Part shown: positions 8,686 through 15,806 of the stretch, piece after piece
Layout: every line of letters begins with the position of its first letter
How positions within the stretch are numbered: position 1 is the stretch's first letter
Assembly: GCA_039588295.1 (NCBI GenBank)
Contig: JBDHAB010000054.1
Location: 1 to 23,139, forward strand
DNA from: Gemmatimonadota bacterium
GTDB taxonomy: Bacteria; Gemmatimonadota; Gemmatimonadetes; Gemmatimonadales; GWC2-71-9
Direction: 5' to 3'
Length of the DNA: 23,139 bases
Program-made: the position numbers and the translations under genes
Notes under the pieces: generated by a model
Told to the model about the DNA's origin: nothing
What the model saw: the letters and a program-made list of their open reading frames with translations, nothing else
Database searches by the model: none

Positions 8686-9036
8686 CTAGTGGCGATGGGC
8701 TAGGATCATCCCTGCGAGGTCGGGATCGTCGTCGCCGTGTGCTGTGCGGCGTGCCTTGCGTGGCAGATCGCCACGTCGCACGCGAGGCTTGTGCTTCTCG
8801 CCCACGTTCTCCAACTCGTCACGCGCTACCATCTTCTGTAGCGCGGAATAGCTATAGCCAGATTCCTCGGCAGCCTGCTCCAGCGTGAGCGCTTCGAGAT
8901 CACTCTCCCGCAGCGCCCCCTCCAACTCCTCTGCGCACTGCTCCAGCACGCACGCCTGCGCCTCCGCACCTCGACGGCGAAGCATCTGCGCTTCTTCGCG
9001 CCAGTGGGTAGTGAGGAGTGCGAGCGGGTCAGGCAT
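8686..9036 (-). CDS. Excisionase-like HTH protein
   Basis: LTLEQAAEESGYSYSALQKMV..G...PRVRRGDL winged-HTH pattern. ATG 9036 has a GAGG RBS and overlaps the upstream stop. Confidence 0.75.
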   Translation of the reverse strand: MPDPLALLTTHWREEAQMLRRRGAEAQACVLEQCAEELEGALRESDLEALTLEQAAEESGYSYSALQKMVARDELENVGEKHKPRVRRGDLPRKARRTAHGDDDPDLAGMILAHRH

Positions 9037-9616
9037 CGGACGCCTCAGTGATGAAAGGCCCATCCCACCACTCGGCTCTTCGCTCCTCAACTTCATCGAC
9101 CGTCATGAGCGCGATCTCATGCTCGCCGCGACATGCACCGCCACAGCCGCTCCGATCTAGCCTGTCTTTCTCGGCTTCAGCATCTGAGCGATCGTACCAG
9201 AGGGTGATCTGGAGGGCTCGACAGGAAGCGACCAGGGCCCAGTACTGCGTGAGGTCTTTCCCGAGCGGTGGCGGCTTTGGATAGTCCCGCTTCCTGTCCC
9301 AGAGAACGCCCAGGCCGTCGTCTCGACTGACAGCATGGATGCTCCGATGCACGAAGTAGCACGCCTCTTTGACGCCGGTGGCCCGCACGACCCAGCGAAA
9401 GGGTGGCCGAAACAGGTCGCGGTACAGGTCGCATCGCACGCACCCCGGAACGCTCGGCTTGCCTCGGTGCTGCCAATGAGTGCGAGGCTCGCCATTCCAC
9501 CCCTCGTAGAGCACATACTTCCTAGGTGGCTTGTGTGTCTTCCGCTTGGCCCCCTCGACCCAACTCCGGCGAGACCTGTGGCGGGAACGTGCACCGGAAT
9601 GCGATCGGGAGGTCAT
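9029..9616 (-). CDS. Hypothetical protein, Cys/His-rich
   Basis: AAGGAGG RBS. Overlaps both neighbours. CVRC and CGGAC..EH motifs. Confidence 0.65.
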   Translation of the reverse strand: MTSRSHSGARSRHRSRRSWVEGAKRKTHKPPRKYVLYEGWNGEPRTHWQHRGKPSVPGCVRCDLYRDLFRPPFRWVVRATGVKEACYFVHRSIHAVSRDDGLGVLWDRKRDYPKPPPLGKDLTQYWALVASCRALQITLWYDRSDAEAEKDRLDRSGCGGACRGEHEIALMTVDEVEERRAEWWDGPFITEASDA

Positions 9617-11298
9617 GGGGAGTCCTCCTTGGTATTGGTTTGACCGTGTTGTCCGGCCTGGACAGCCCCTAGGGCGGCGGGTGACGGAGGTGACGCAGGT
9701 GACGGTGGTCTGGCTACTTTCTTCCTTACCCTCTTCTTTCTTTCTTTCTTTTTGTTCACAACAGAGAAGTTGCCGCCTCCATCGTCACCATCGTCACCGT
9801 CGTCACCATCTGTTTCGGATTCGGCTGGAATCTCTGCGTCACCCACGTCACCACTGAGCCGTATCATCCGCTTCCCGCCGTGAGTGCGACGGCGCGTCAC
9901 GACGACGCCAACGTCCCGCAGCACCGGCTCTAGTTCCTTAAGCTGGTTGCTCACGGTTCGCTCGTCCTGCGGCGGTGGACCGCCGGGAGCCATCGACGCA
10001 AGCTTGACCGCCAGCGCTTTTGCTGTGCCCTCCCAGCCCTTTGCTGCCAGTTTCCGAATCGGCTGCGCGAGGGAAGACTCAGCGAGCGCCAGTTCGACCT
10101 TCTCTGCCTCATGGTCTCGATACGCGGTCAGAAACGTCCCGGACTGCCATCCTAACGCCCCTTCACACGCTGTGACCCAACGGGCGAAGTCAGCCATGCG
10201 GGGCATCTCCTTCAAATGGGTTCGGCCGAAGTGCCGCAACCCATGGCTGACGGCGTCCAAGAGCGCGCCCAGGATTCGCGGTTGAGCGCGGTCGAACTCA
10301 CGCCAAAAGGTCTGCTCATCCCGGCGAGCCTTCGGTCCGATGGACGGGACGGTGAGGATGACCGCGCGACTCAGGAGGTCCGGCCTCGTGATGATAGAGC
10401 CGATGCTGTTAATCACTACGGGCCGCATCACGGAGATGCATGCCTCTTTGCGGTCGGTGTACAGTTGACGTGCTGCGAAACCCGCACCGGTGGCCAAACG
10501 GCAGAGCGCATCTGATAGCCATGGCGGCACGGTCGAGAGGTTGTCGAAGGCCAGGACCCAGTTGTTGAAGGCGGAGACCATCAAGTCCTGTTCACTCTTG
10601 GGTGGGGCACGATCTGCTGGCTCCGCCGGATCTATCATCCTGCGAAGGACACGGATAAGGGTGCTCTTACCCGATCCGTATTCACCGCAAATGAACGGAA
10701 TCGGGTAGGGTCCCGACGGGCGCATCGCAGCGAGGAGACAGGCGATGAAAAGGTGCCAGTCGCGATCGTTGCGCAGGTTCAGAAACGGGCGAAGTCTATC
10801 GATGGAACCGCCGCGAACCGGGGCGGGAAGCGGGCGCATGCCGGGCGTCCGAACGAACCGCACTGGTGGGTTCCTGACGATACGCCATCCCTCCGTGTCG
10901 ATTCGCACGGCGGTCCAATCCTCGTTCGCGAGGTCGAGGTAGATTCGCCCTTGGTCCCACGCGCAGCGTACGTGCACCTCTCGCGTCCGTCCTCCAAACC
11001 GGGCCAGTCCATCCAGCGTCGAGATGGCGCTGCTCACGGCCTGGGTGTAGGGGACCTTCTGTTCCACGGTGTAGAAGACTTGCTCGACCCACCGTGCGAA
11101 CTCGGGAGACCGTATCGCCCACGTTTCTCGGTGACCCTCGTGACGGATCGTCGCGTACGCTTCCTGACCGGGGGTATGGAACAGGTTCGCACGTGCCCGC
11201 GAGTATTTCACCAGCCGATCGGCGATGGGTGTTTTTCCCCCGCCTGCTTTTGATTCTGCCTCCCGTGGAGAAGACTCAGTTTTGGCGCTCTTCGCCAT
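9613..11298 (-). CDS. P-loop ATPase / replicative helicase-like protein of mobile elements
   Basis: Walker A GEYGSGKST, Walker B-like VLAFDN, LCRLATG...RQLYTD, RPDLLSR (Arg finger) and PRMADF. Start at ATG 11298 is likely (TTG 11364 is the alternative). No primase domain evident. Confidence 0.85.
   Translation of the reverse strand: MAKSAKTESSPREAESKAGGGKTPIADRLVKYSRARANLFHTPGQEAYATIRHEGHRETWAIRSPEFARWVEQVFYTVEQKVPYTQAVSSAISTLDGLARFGGRTREVHVRCAWDQGRIYLDLANEDWTAVRIDTEGWRIVRNPPVRFVRTPGMRPLPAPVRGGSIDRLRPFLNLRNDRDWHLFIACLLAAMRPSGPYPIPFICGEYGSGKSTLIRVLRRMIDPAEPADRAPPKSEQDLMVSAFNNWVLAFDNLSTVPPWLSDALCRLATGAGFAARQLYTDRKEACISVMRPVVINSIGSIITRPDLLSRAVILTVPSIGPKARRDEQTFWREFDRAQPRILGALLDAVSHGLRHFGRTHLKEMPRMADFARWVTACEGALGWQSGTFLTAYRDHEAEKVELALAESSLAQPIRKLAAKGWEGTAKALAVKLASMAPGGPPPQDERTVSNQLKELEPVLRDVGVVVTRRRTHGGKRMIRLSGDVGDAEIPAESETDGDDGDDGDDGGGNFSVVNKKKERKKRVRKKVARPPSPASPPSPAALGAVQAGQHGQTNTKEDSP
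9680..9852. repeat. Iteron array / putative replication origin inside the 3' end of the ATPase gene
   Basis: GGTGACG at 9680, 9689 and 9698. T-rich pyrimidine tract at ~9717-9757. Inverted CGTCACC at 9783, 9792, 9801, 9837 and 9846. Confidence 0.7.
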
Positions 11299-11467
11299 CG
11301 GACGATCCGTCGGTGAGATCCAGAATCCGAGTGATCGCAGAATCGCCCTCCAAGCGCCGTGCAAGCGCTTTGGCCACAGCGCGGATAAGCTCTCGGTCCT
11401 CCGTGGCGAAGATGGGAGTGGCGTCCTTGGGACTAGGGCCTTCTAGGACAGCGAGGTAGAGTCGCAT
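11276..11467 (-). CDS. Small hypothetical protein (63 aa)
   Basis: GGAG RBS 7 nt before the ATG. Lies in the operon and overlaps the ATPase start. Confidence 0.7.
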   Translation of the reverse strand: MRLYLAVLEGPSPKDATPIFATEDRELIRAVAKALARRLEGDSAITRILDLTDGSSDGEERQN

Positions 11468-11474
11468 GTCGGTG

Positions 11475-11529
11475 CTCCGGTAGAGGGTTTCCGGGCCTCG
11501 GCAATCGGGGCCTCTACCCTCTACCGGAG
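11475..11529 (-). promoter_or_regulatory. 14-bp perfect inverted repeat covering the RBS of the 63-aa gene
   Basis: CTCCGGTAGAGGGT (11475-11488) / ACCCTCTACCGGAG (11516-11529), with an inner GGCCTCG/CGGGGCC stem. Confidence 0.7.
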
Positions 11530-11545
11530 TTGACCGGCCAGAACC

Positions 11546-12541
11546 TTACAGTCGCCCCTCGGCTCGCAGTCGCGCGCGCAGACGGGATAGCTGGGTATCG
11601 ACTGCGCCGACCTGGACACCTAGCTCGTCGGCTGCCAGGCGCTTGGCGTCGGGGAGGTCCAGCCCCCTCTCCAAGACCTTGCCTAACACTTCGAGAATCC
11701 GCCGCTGGTTCGACGTCGCTAGACCATAGACTTCCCGTAGCTGCTGCCTGTGCTCCTGAGCGGCTTCGAGGGCGTCGAGCGGGCCTGGGGACTTGTCTTC
11801 CAACTCTAACTCGGTAATGGCGCGAGCACCGCTCTTCGCGTAGGGTAGGCCATCTGCCACCCACTCTTCTGCGTGGTGGATCGCTCGGCGCCGCAGCCAA
11901 TGCAGGCGGTGCTCAGCGCGCAAGTCAGCGGGCCGTGTGGGGCCGAGAAACACCTGCAAGACGGCGTTCTCTGCCTCTCTCCACCACGAGTTGTAGCCCA
12001 TGAGCGCAGCCTGAACTGCGGACTTGGGACGGTTCCGCCTCCATGAGGGTCCCTCGCCAGCGAGCCCAGCGTTTGAGTCTTCCTCGACTCCGTCCTTCAC
12101 CAAGACAAGTGTCCCGTCCGATTCTACGACTGTGGCGCGTGCTTTACCGAGTTGGATCTTCTGCACCTTAAGAAACCTTGTGAGGCCCATGTAGACGCCA
12201 TAGCGACACGCTTCCTTCTTCACGACTGCGGTGGACTTCTGGTCGAGTTCGGCTCGTTGCTTCAAAGCCACTCGGATGTCACCTCTCGGTTTCCACCGGT
12301 ACGCGACGTACTGTGCCAACCGATCGAGCACGGTATCCCACTGTCGTCCTTCGGGGTAGCGCCGGAGCCGTTCAAGGTCGCTCAGGGCGTTCGTCGTTCT
12401 ATCACGTTCCGTGGGCGGGAGCCCGTCCAAGTACGTTCGGTCTTGTATCCCTGCCAAGATCCATGCGGCAAGCCAGCGATCGAATTCAAACGACTTGTCC
12501 AGTGCAATCATCTCGCGTATCGTGTTTGCGTGCATATGCAC
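11546..12541 (-). CDS. Hypothetical protein with C-terminal sigma-70 region-4-like HTH
   Basis: C-terminus ATSNQRRILEVL...AADELGVQVGAVDTQLSRLRARL. GGAGGT RBS favours ATG at 12537-12529 (in-frame 12535 or 12529). Confidence 0.65.
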   Translation of the reverse strand: MHMHANTIREMIALDKSFEFDRWLAAWILAGIQDRTYLDGLPPTERDRTTNALSDLERLRRYPEGRQWDTVLDRLAQYVAYRWKPRGDIRVALKQRAELDQKSTAVVKKEACRYGVYMGLTRFLKVQKIQLGKARATVVESDGTLVLVKDGVEEDSNAGLAGEGPSWRRNRPKSAVQAALMGYNSWWREAENAVLQVFLGPTRPADLRAEHRLHWLRRRAIHHAEEWVADGLPYAKSGARAITELELEDKSPGPLDALEAAQEHRQQLREVYGLATSNQRRILEVLGKVLERGLDLPDAKRLAADELGVQVGAVDTQLSRLRARLRAEGRL

Positions 12542-12599
12542 ACCTCCACGGCCGCCCCGGCTGAATCACCGTCATGTGAAAGCTGGGGTGGCCGTTCTA

Positions 12600-12794
12600 T
12601 TAAGGGCTTTGATCCGTTCGATCCCCTGCCCGGTCTCTTCCAGGGACGCCCTGTGCGACGGCGTTGAGAGCATCCCGCGCAAACTCTGCCAGGGGCTGAC
12701 GCGATGCAGCGGCTGCTGCGACGAACACATCCCACTCATGTGGGCGGAAGCGGACAGTCAGCCGCTTCATCCGCTTCAAGGCATTGGTCATCAT
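12600..12794 (-). CDS. Ribbon-helix-helix protein (MobC/CopG/DUF1778-like)
   Basis: AAGGAG RBS then ATG 12794. KRLTVRFRPHEWDVFVAAAAASRQPLAEFARDAL is an RHH pattern. Confidence 0.75.
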   Translation of the reverse strand: MMTNALKRMKRLTVRFRPHEWDVFVAAAAASRQPLAEFARDALNAVAQGVPGRDRAGDRTDQSP

Positions 12795-12873
12795 GGTCCC
12801 AGTCTCCTTACTGTAGGAAAAAAGAGGAACCCAGCACAGACACTCCTCGTCCGAGAAGAATGTTCCGTACTGA

Positions 12874-12897
12874 GTTCCAGAGTTCCAGGGTTCCAAG
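12874..12897. repeat. Tandem octamers GTTCCAGA/GTTCCAGG/GTTCCAAG (possible operator)
   Basis: Three adjacent copies plus GTTCC at 12862, between the promoter and the RHH gene. Confidence 0.55.
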
Positions 12898-12936
12898 CAG
12901 CAGCGCGTCCAAAGTGCGAGCGCTCCCACGATGTGA

Positions 12937-12965
12937 AATTTATGAGCCTCTATACCGCCGGTCAA
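12937..12965 (-). promoter_or_regulatory. Sigma70-type promoter for the element operon
   Basis: TTGACC - 17 bp - TAAATT on the minus strand, ~140 bp upstream of the RHH gene. Confidence 0.6.
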
Positions 12966-13623
12966 CGGCCGCCAGCAAGGGTCTCACCAGTTGCATATGC
13001 CTTGGCCTTACGCATCCGCTGACGGTGCTGCGTAAGTGACGAGAGAACCGTCACACACGCCGCTTTGCCGGTGAGGGGTGGAGCAAACACGGGGGGCCCG
13101 GACCTGTATGCCGCGTTCGCCGGTCTTATGGGGGGAACAGCGCCTCAAGAGGGGGGTTTCCCAGGAGGACCTGACACACACACCCGTACGCACGTACACA
13201 CACGTGCACACGCACGTACGCACTCCTACAGGCAGTACTACGGCAGTGCAACACGTACCCATACACACGGTCTGATCTCCCACACAGGGCCGTGTGTACC
13301 TCAGTGGGACTTCTGAGGTCCATAGACGAGGTGGGAGAGCCCCGGCACAACCTGACAGACGGTGTCCCTAGTGCGGAGCAGGGGTGATGAGACTCGCAGA
13401 GGGGTGCTGAGGTGGCGTCAGACCCGCTCGCTCCGCTCGCGGGCCTCCCCCCGCCATACCCTACCCCTCCTCTGACTAGTCCTACCCTTGGACCTCACCG
13501 ATCTCGTACACTGTGCGCACGCTGACCGTAGCTGGCAAGCTCGATAACGGCGGCGTAGGATTACGGTATGCTGCCAACCGGGCGGCGAGACCCAGAAAGG
13601 GATCGCAGCAGACTACTAGTTAG

Positions 13624-13710
13624 ACGCACCAGCTTCGCATCGCTGAAGAACTGATCAAGGAGCACGAGGATGCCATCCGAGCCGCGTGGCGCAAGCACTT
13701 CCCCCGTTGA
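13624..13710 (+). pseudogene. C-terminal remnant of a DUF4160 gene
   Basis: THQLRIAEELIKEHEDAIRAAWRKHFPR* overlaps the DUF2442 start as in DUF4160-DUF2442 pairs. It is preceded by an in-frame TAG and has no start codon. Confidence 0.7.
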
Positions 13711-14380
13711 GGTCGGGAGCGTCACGAAGACGGGCTTCTGGCTCTTGATCGACGATCGAGAGTTGTACGTGCCATTTGATTGGTTCCCGTGGTTTCGGAA
13801 CGTCACGATCGACGCGCTAACCACGATCGAGCGTCCAAGTTCCAACCACTTGTATTGGCCGGAACTGGATGTGGACGTGGCCGTCGCGTTCATCGAATAC
13901 CCGACCGTGAACGACCGCGAAATGCCGTTTAGCAAGGCCGCTCATCGGGTGCTAGCGCTGGCTGGCGACGAAGCGCAGCGTCTCTGTCACCCATACGTCG
14001 GCACTGAGCACCTGGTCCTTGCGTTGACTCGCCAGACGCAAGGCACTTTGGGGACCGCGCTCCGCACACTCGGCGTCGATGGGGAGCGCGTACGAGCCAC
14101 GATCGAAACGACCGTGAATCATGGCACCGCCGCCACCACACATGGTCGACGGCTTTCATACACATCGACGACGAAGAGGGCCCTCGTGTTGGCCAAGGAC
14201 AGCGCACAGGCCCTCGGCGAGCGTGAAATCAGTGCCGAGCACCTACTCGTTGGCGTGCTGGAAGCGAAAGGTATGGGTGGTGCGATCCTCCTGCATCACG
14301 GACTCTCGGAGGCCGCGGCCCTCGACGAGATCAAGCGGATCAAGGGCGGCGAAGACACGCCCGCGATCTCAGATGGGTAA
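13670..14380 (+). CDS. DUF2442 - Clp N-terminal (Clp R) domain fusion protein
   Basis: aa 1-78 DUF2442 (GFWLL...PFDWFPWF...HLYWPELDVD). Then two Clp-N repeats (FSKAAHRVLALA..EAQRL.HPYVGTEHLVLAL; YTSTTKRALVLA...ISAEHLLVGVL). AAGGAG RBS. Confidence 0.8.
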   Translation: MPSEPRGASTSPVEVGSVTKTGFWLLIDDRELYVPFDWFPWFRNVTIDALTTIERPSSNHLYWPELDVDVAVAFIEYPTVNDREMPFSKAAHRVLALAGDEAQRLCHPYVGTEHLVLALTRQTQGTLGTALRTLGVDGERVRATIETTVNHGTAATTHGRRLSYTSTTKRALVLAKDSAQALGEREISAEHLLVGVLEAKGMGGAILLHHGLSEAAALDEIKRIKGGEDTPAISDG

Positions 14381-14417
14381 TAGGTAGGCGCACCGAGTGA
14401 GGACCACTACGAACGCC

Positions 14418-14560
14418 GTCCAACAAGCGCATGGACCAGCCGAGCGCGGACGTTCTGAGGGAACTGGGTTGACGATGCGCCTGGCTTTGACACGAGTACG
14501 TTCACTGATGCACGTGGCTGCCGAGCGAGGCGCTCGCCGGTCATGCGCTGCCCGTTGGGC
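14418..14560 (+). mobile_element. Integron attC site (143 bp)
   Basis: R'' GTCCAAC and R' GTTGGGC. GCGCATG-G-ACC pairs with GGT-CATGCGC leaving an extrahelical G. Inner CGAGCGC/GCGCTCG stem. Lies between two co-oriented genes. Confidence 0.85.
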
Positions 14561-14588
14561 CGCGGTGACCAACCCCGTCCGACCCTCA

Positions 14589-15626
14589 ATGCGTTCACTG
14601 GTTCGTCTACCACTGACGGTCTTGGCCCTCATCACTTGCAGCGGTAAGGAGGAATGGCCCCCTCCCCACTTCCTCTACAAGTTCGACGACAATGCCCTGG
14701 GCTGGGTTGCTGCGACGGAGCGCCTCTTTGTCTACCGAGATGCTCATTGGCAGGATGGCGACGTTCTGATCGGCGATTGTGACAGCACAGGGCTCGTTGA
14801 AGTGCGGCCAGGGGTGCCGGCGACACCCCTTCTGATTGGCGGGATCGCATGCGACCGGGAGACATTTGGCGCCGCAGTCTGGCATCCTAACGGTGAACGC
14901 TTTCTGTATGCTGGTAACAGGCCGGTGAGCACGTCATGGACTTTTGAGTTCCAGGCAATTCGGCTGTACGAGGTCCGTGCGGAGCGATCCGTTCGCCTCA
15001 CGAACCAGAGCTTCCGAGAGGCCCGCTGTCCTGCATGGACACCAGACGGACATCATATAATGGCGGCCGGGACGACCCAATCCTTGGGGGGAGCCGACAC
15101 CCTACGGTTCTTCCTCATTGACCCTCACGACGTGACCCTTCGCCCCACGGGCGTTCTGTTGCCGGATAGTATGGAGTGCCCCTCCTGGTCGCCCACTGGC
15201 GATCGATTCGTCGGCGCCGTCGCCGGAAGCGTGGTCATCAACGGTGATGTCGTCGTGGTGGATACCCTCACCAAGGCATGGCACTCCGTTGCGGCAGGCT
15301 ACACCCCAGCGTGGAGCCCAACTGGTGAGTGGATCGCGTACGTCACCCGGGTCGAGTCGGGGGACACACTGGAAGCAGAGATACGCCTCGTTCACCCCGA
15401 CGGCACCGACGACCACCCGCTGTACCGCAGCGACCAACCCGATGTGTATGAACTTCTAGGGGGCTTCGTCAGGGTGGGTATACCCTCATGGCCACTCGCG
15501 TGGTCCTATGATGGTCGTTCTGTAGCCTTCTCACGACACTCTCGGGAGGGAACGGAGGTTTGGATGGTTTCCACCGACCGCGGAGTCGCGAGACGCCTCA
15601 CGGGTCGCTCGCCGACTTCGCAGTAG
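14589..15626 (+). CDS. TolB-like / PD40 beta-propeller protein, probable lipoprotein (gene cassette)
   Basis: Repeats VWHPNG, PAWTPDG, PSWSPTG, PAWSPTG and LAWSYDG. ATG 14589 lies just after the attC and gives the signal MRSLVRLPLTVLALITC. Confidence 0.8.
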   Translation: MRSLVRLPLTVLALITCSGKEEWPPPHFLYKFDDNALGWVAATERLFVYRDAHWQDGDVLIGDCDSTGLVEVRPGVPATPLLIGGIACDRETFGAAVWHPNGERFLYAGNRPVSTSWTFEFQAIRLYEVRAERSVRLTNQSFREARCPAWTPDGHHIMAAGTTQSLGGADTLRFFLIDPHDVTLRPTGVLLPDSMECPSWSPTGDRFVGAVAGSVVINGDVVVVDTLTKAWHSVAAGYTPAWSPTGEWIAYVTRVESGDTLEAEIRLVHPDGTDDHPLYRSDQPDVYELLGGFVRVGIPSWPLAWSYDGRSVAFSRHSREGTEVWMVSTDRGVARRLTGRSPTSQ

Positions 15627-15660
15627 TCTGCGACTCCGACACGGCATGGGAACGGTCGCT

Positions 15661-15680
15661 GTCTAACACGCGCATGGGCC
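15661..15680 (+). mobile_element. Truncated attC (R''-L'' half only)
   Basis: GTCTAACACGCGCATGG is 15/17 identical to the start of the attC at 14418 and lies 34 bp after the cassette gene stop. No R' found. Confidence 0.65.
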
Positions 15681-15708
15681 TTCCATGAGAAGGAACATGA
15701 GTCAAGGC

Positions 15709-15801
15709 CAAATCCGCCTGCGCGAACCGCTGCTCGACCTTGGCGTCGAACCGCTGGAAGTTCAGCCTGTTGAGCTCGCGGAGATCCGCCCGATAGGTCG
15801 A
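15709..15801 (-). pseudogene. Internal fragment of a DUF1640-like coiled-coil gene
   Basis: STYRADLRELNRLNFQRFDAKVEQRFAQADL resembles this family (from recall). It has no start of its own. Confidence 0.5.
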
Positions 15802-15806
15802 GCCCG

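Larger units (their letters stand above)
7112..13500 (-). mobile_element. Integrative element (phage-satellite/IME-like) adjoining the tRNA-Pro 5' end; right boundary approximate
   Basis: Co-oriented, often overlapping int, HTH, xis-like, hypothetical, ATPase, small ORF, sigma-like and RHH genes. No capsid, terminase or relaxase recognised. Second att site not found. Confidence 0.75.

Noticed and set aside
14397..14588. N-terminal extension of the TolB-like ORF
   Set aside because: It spans the attC site. ATG 14589 gives a proper signal peptide.
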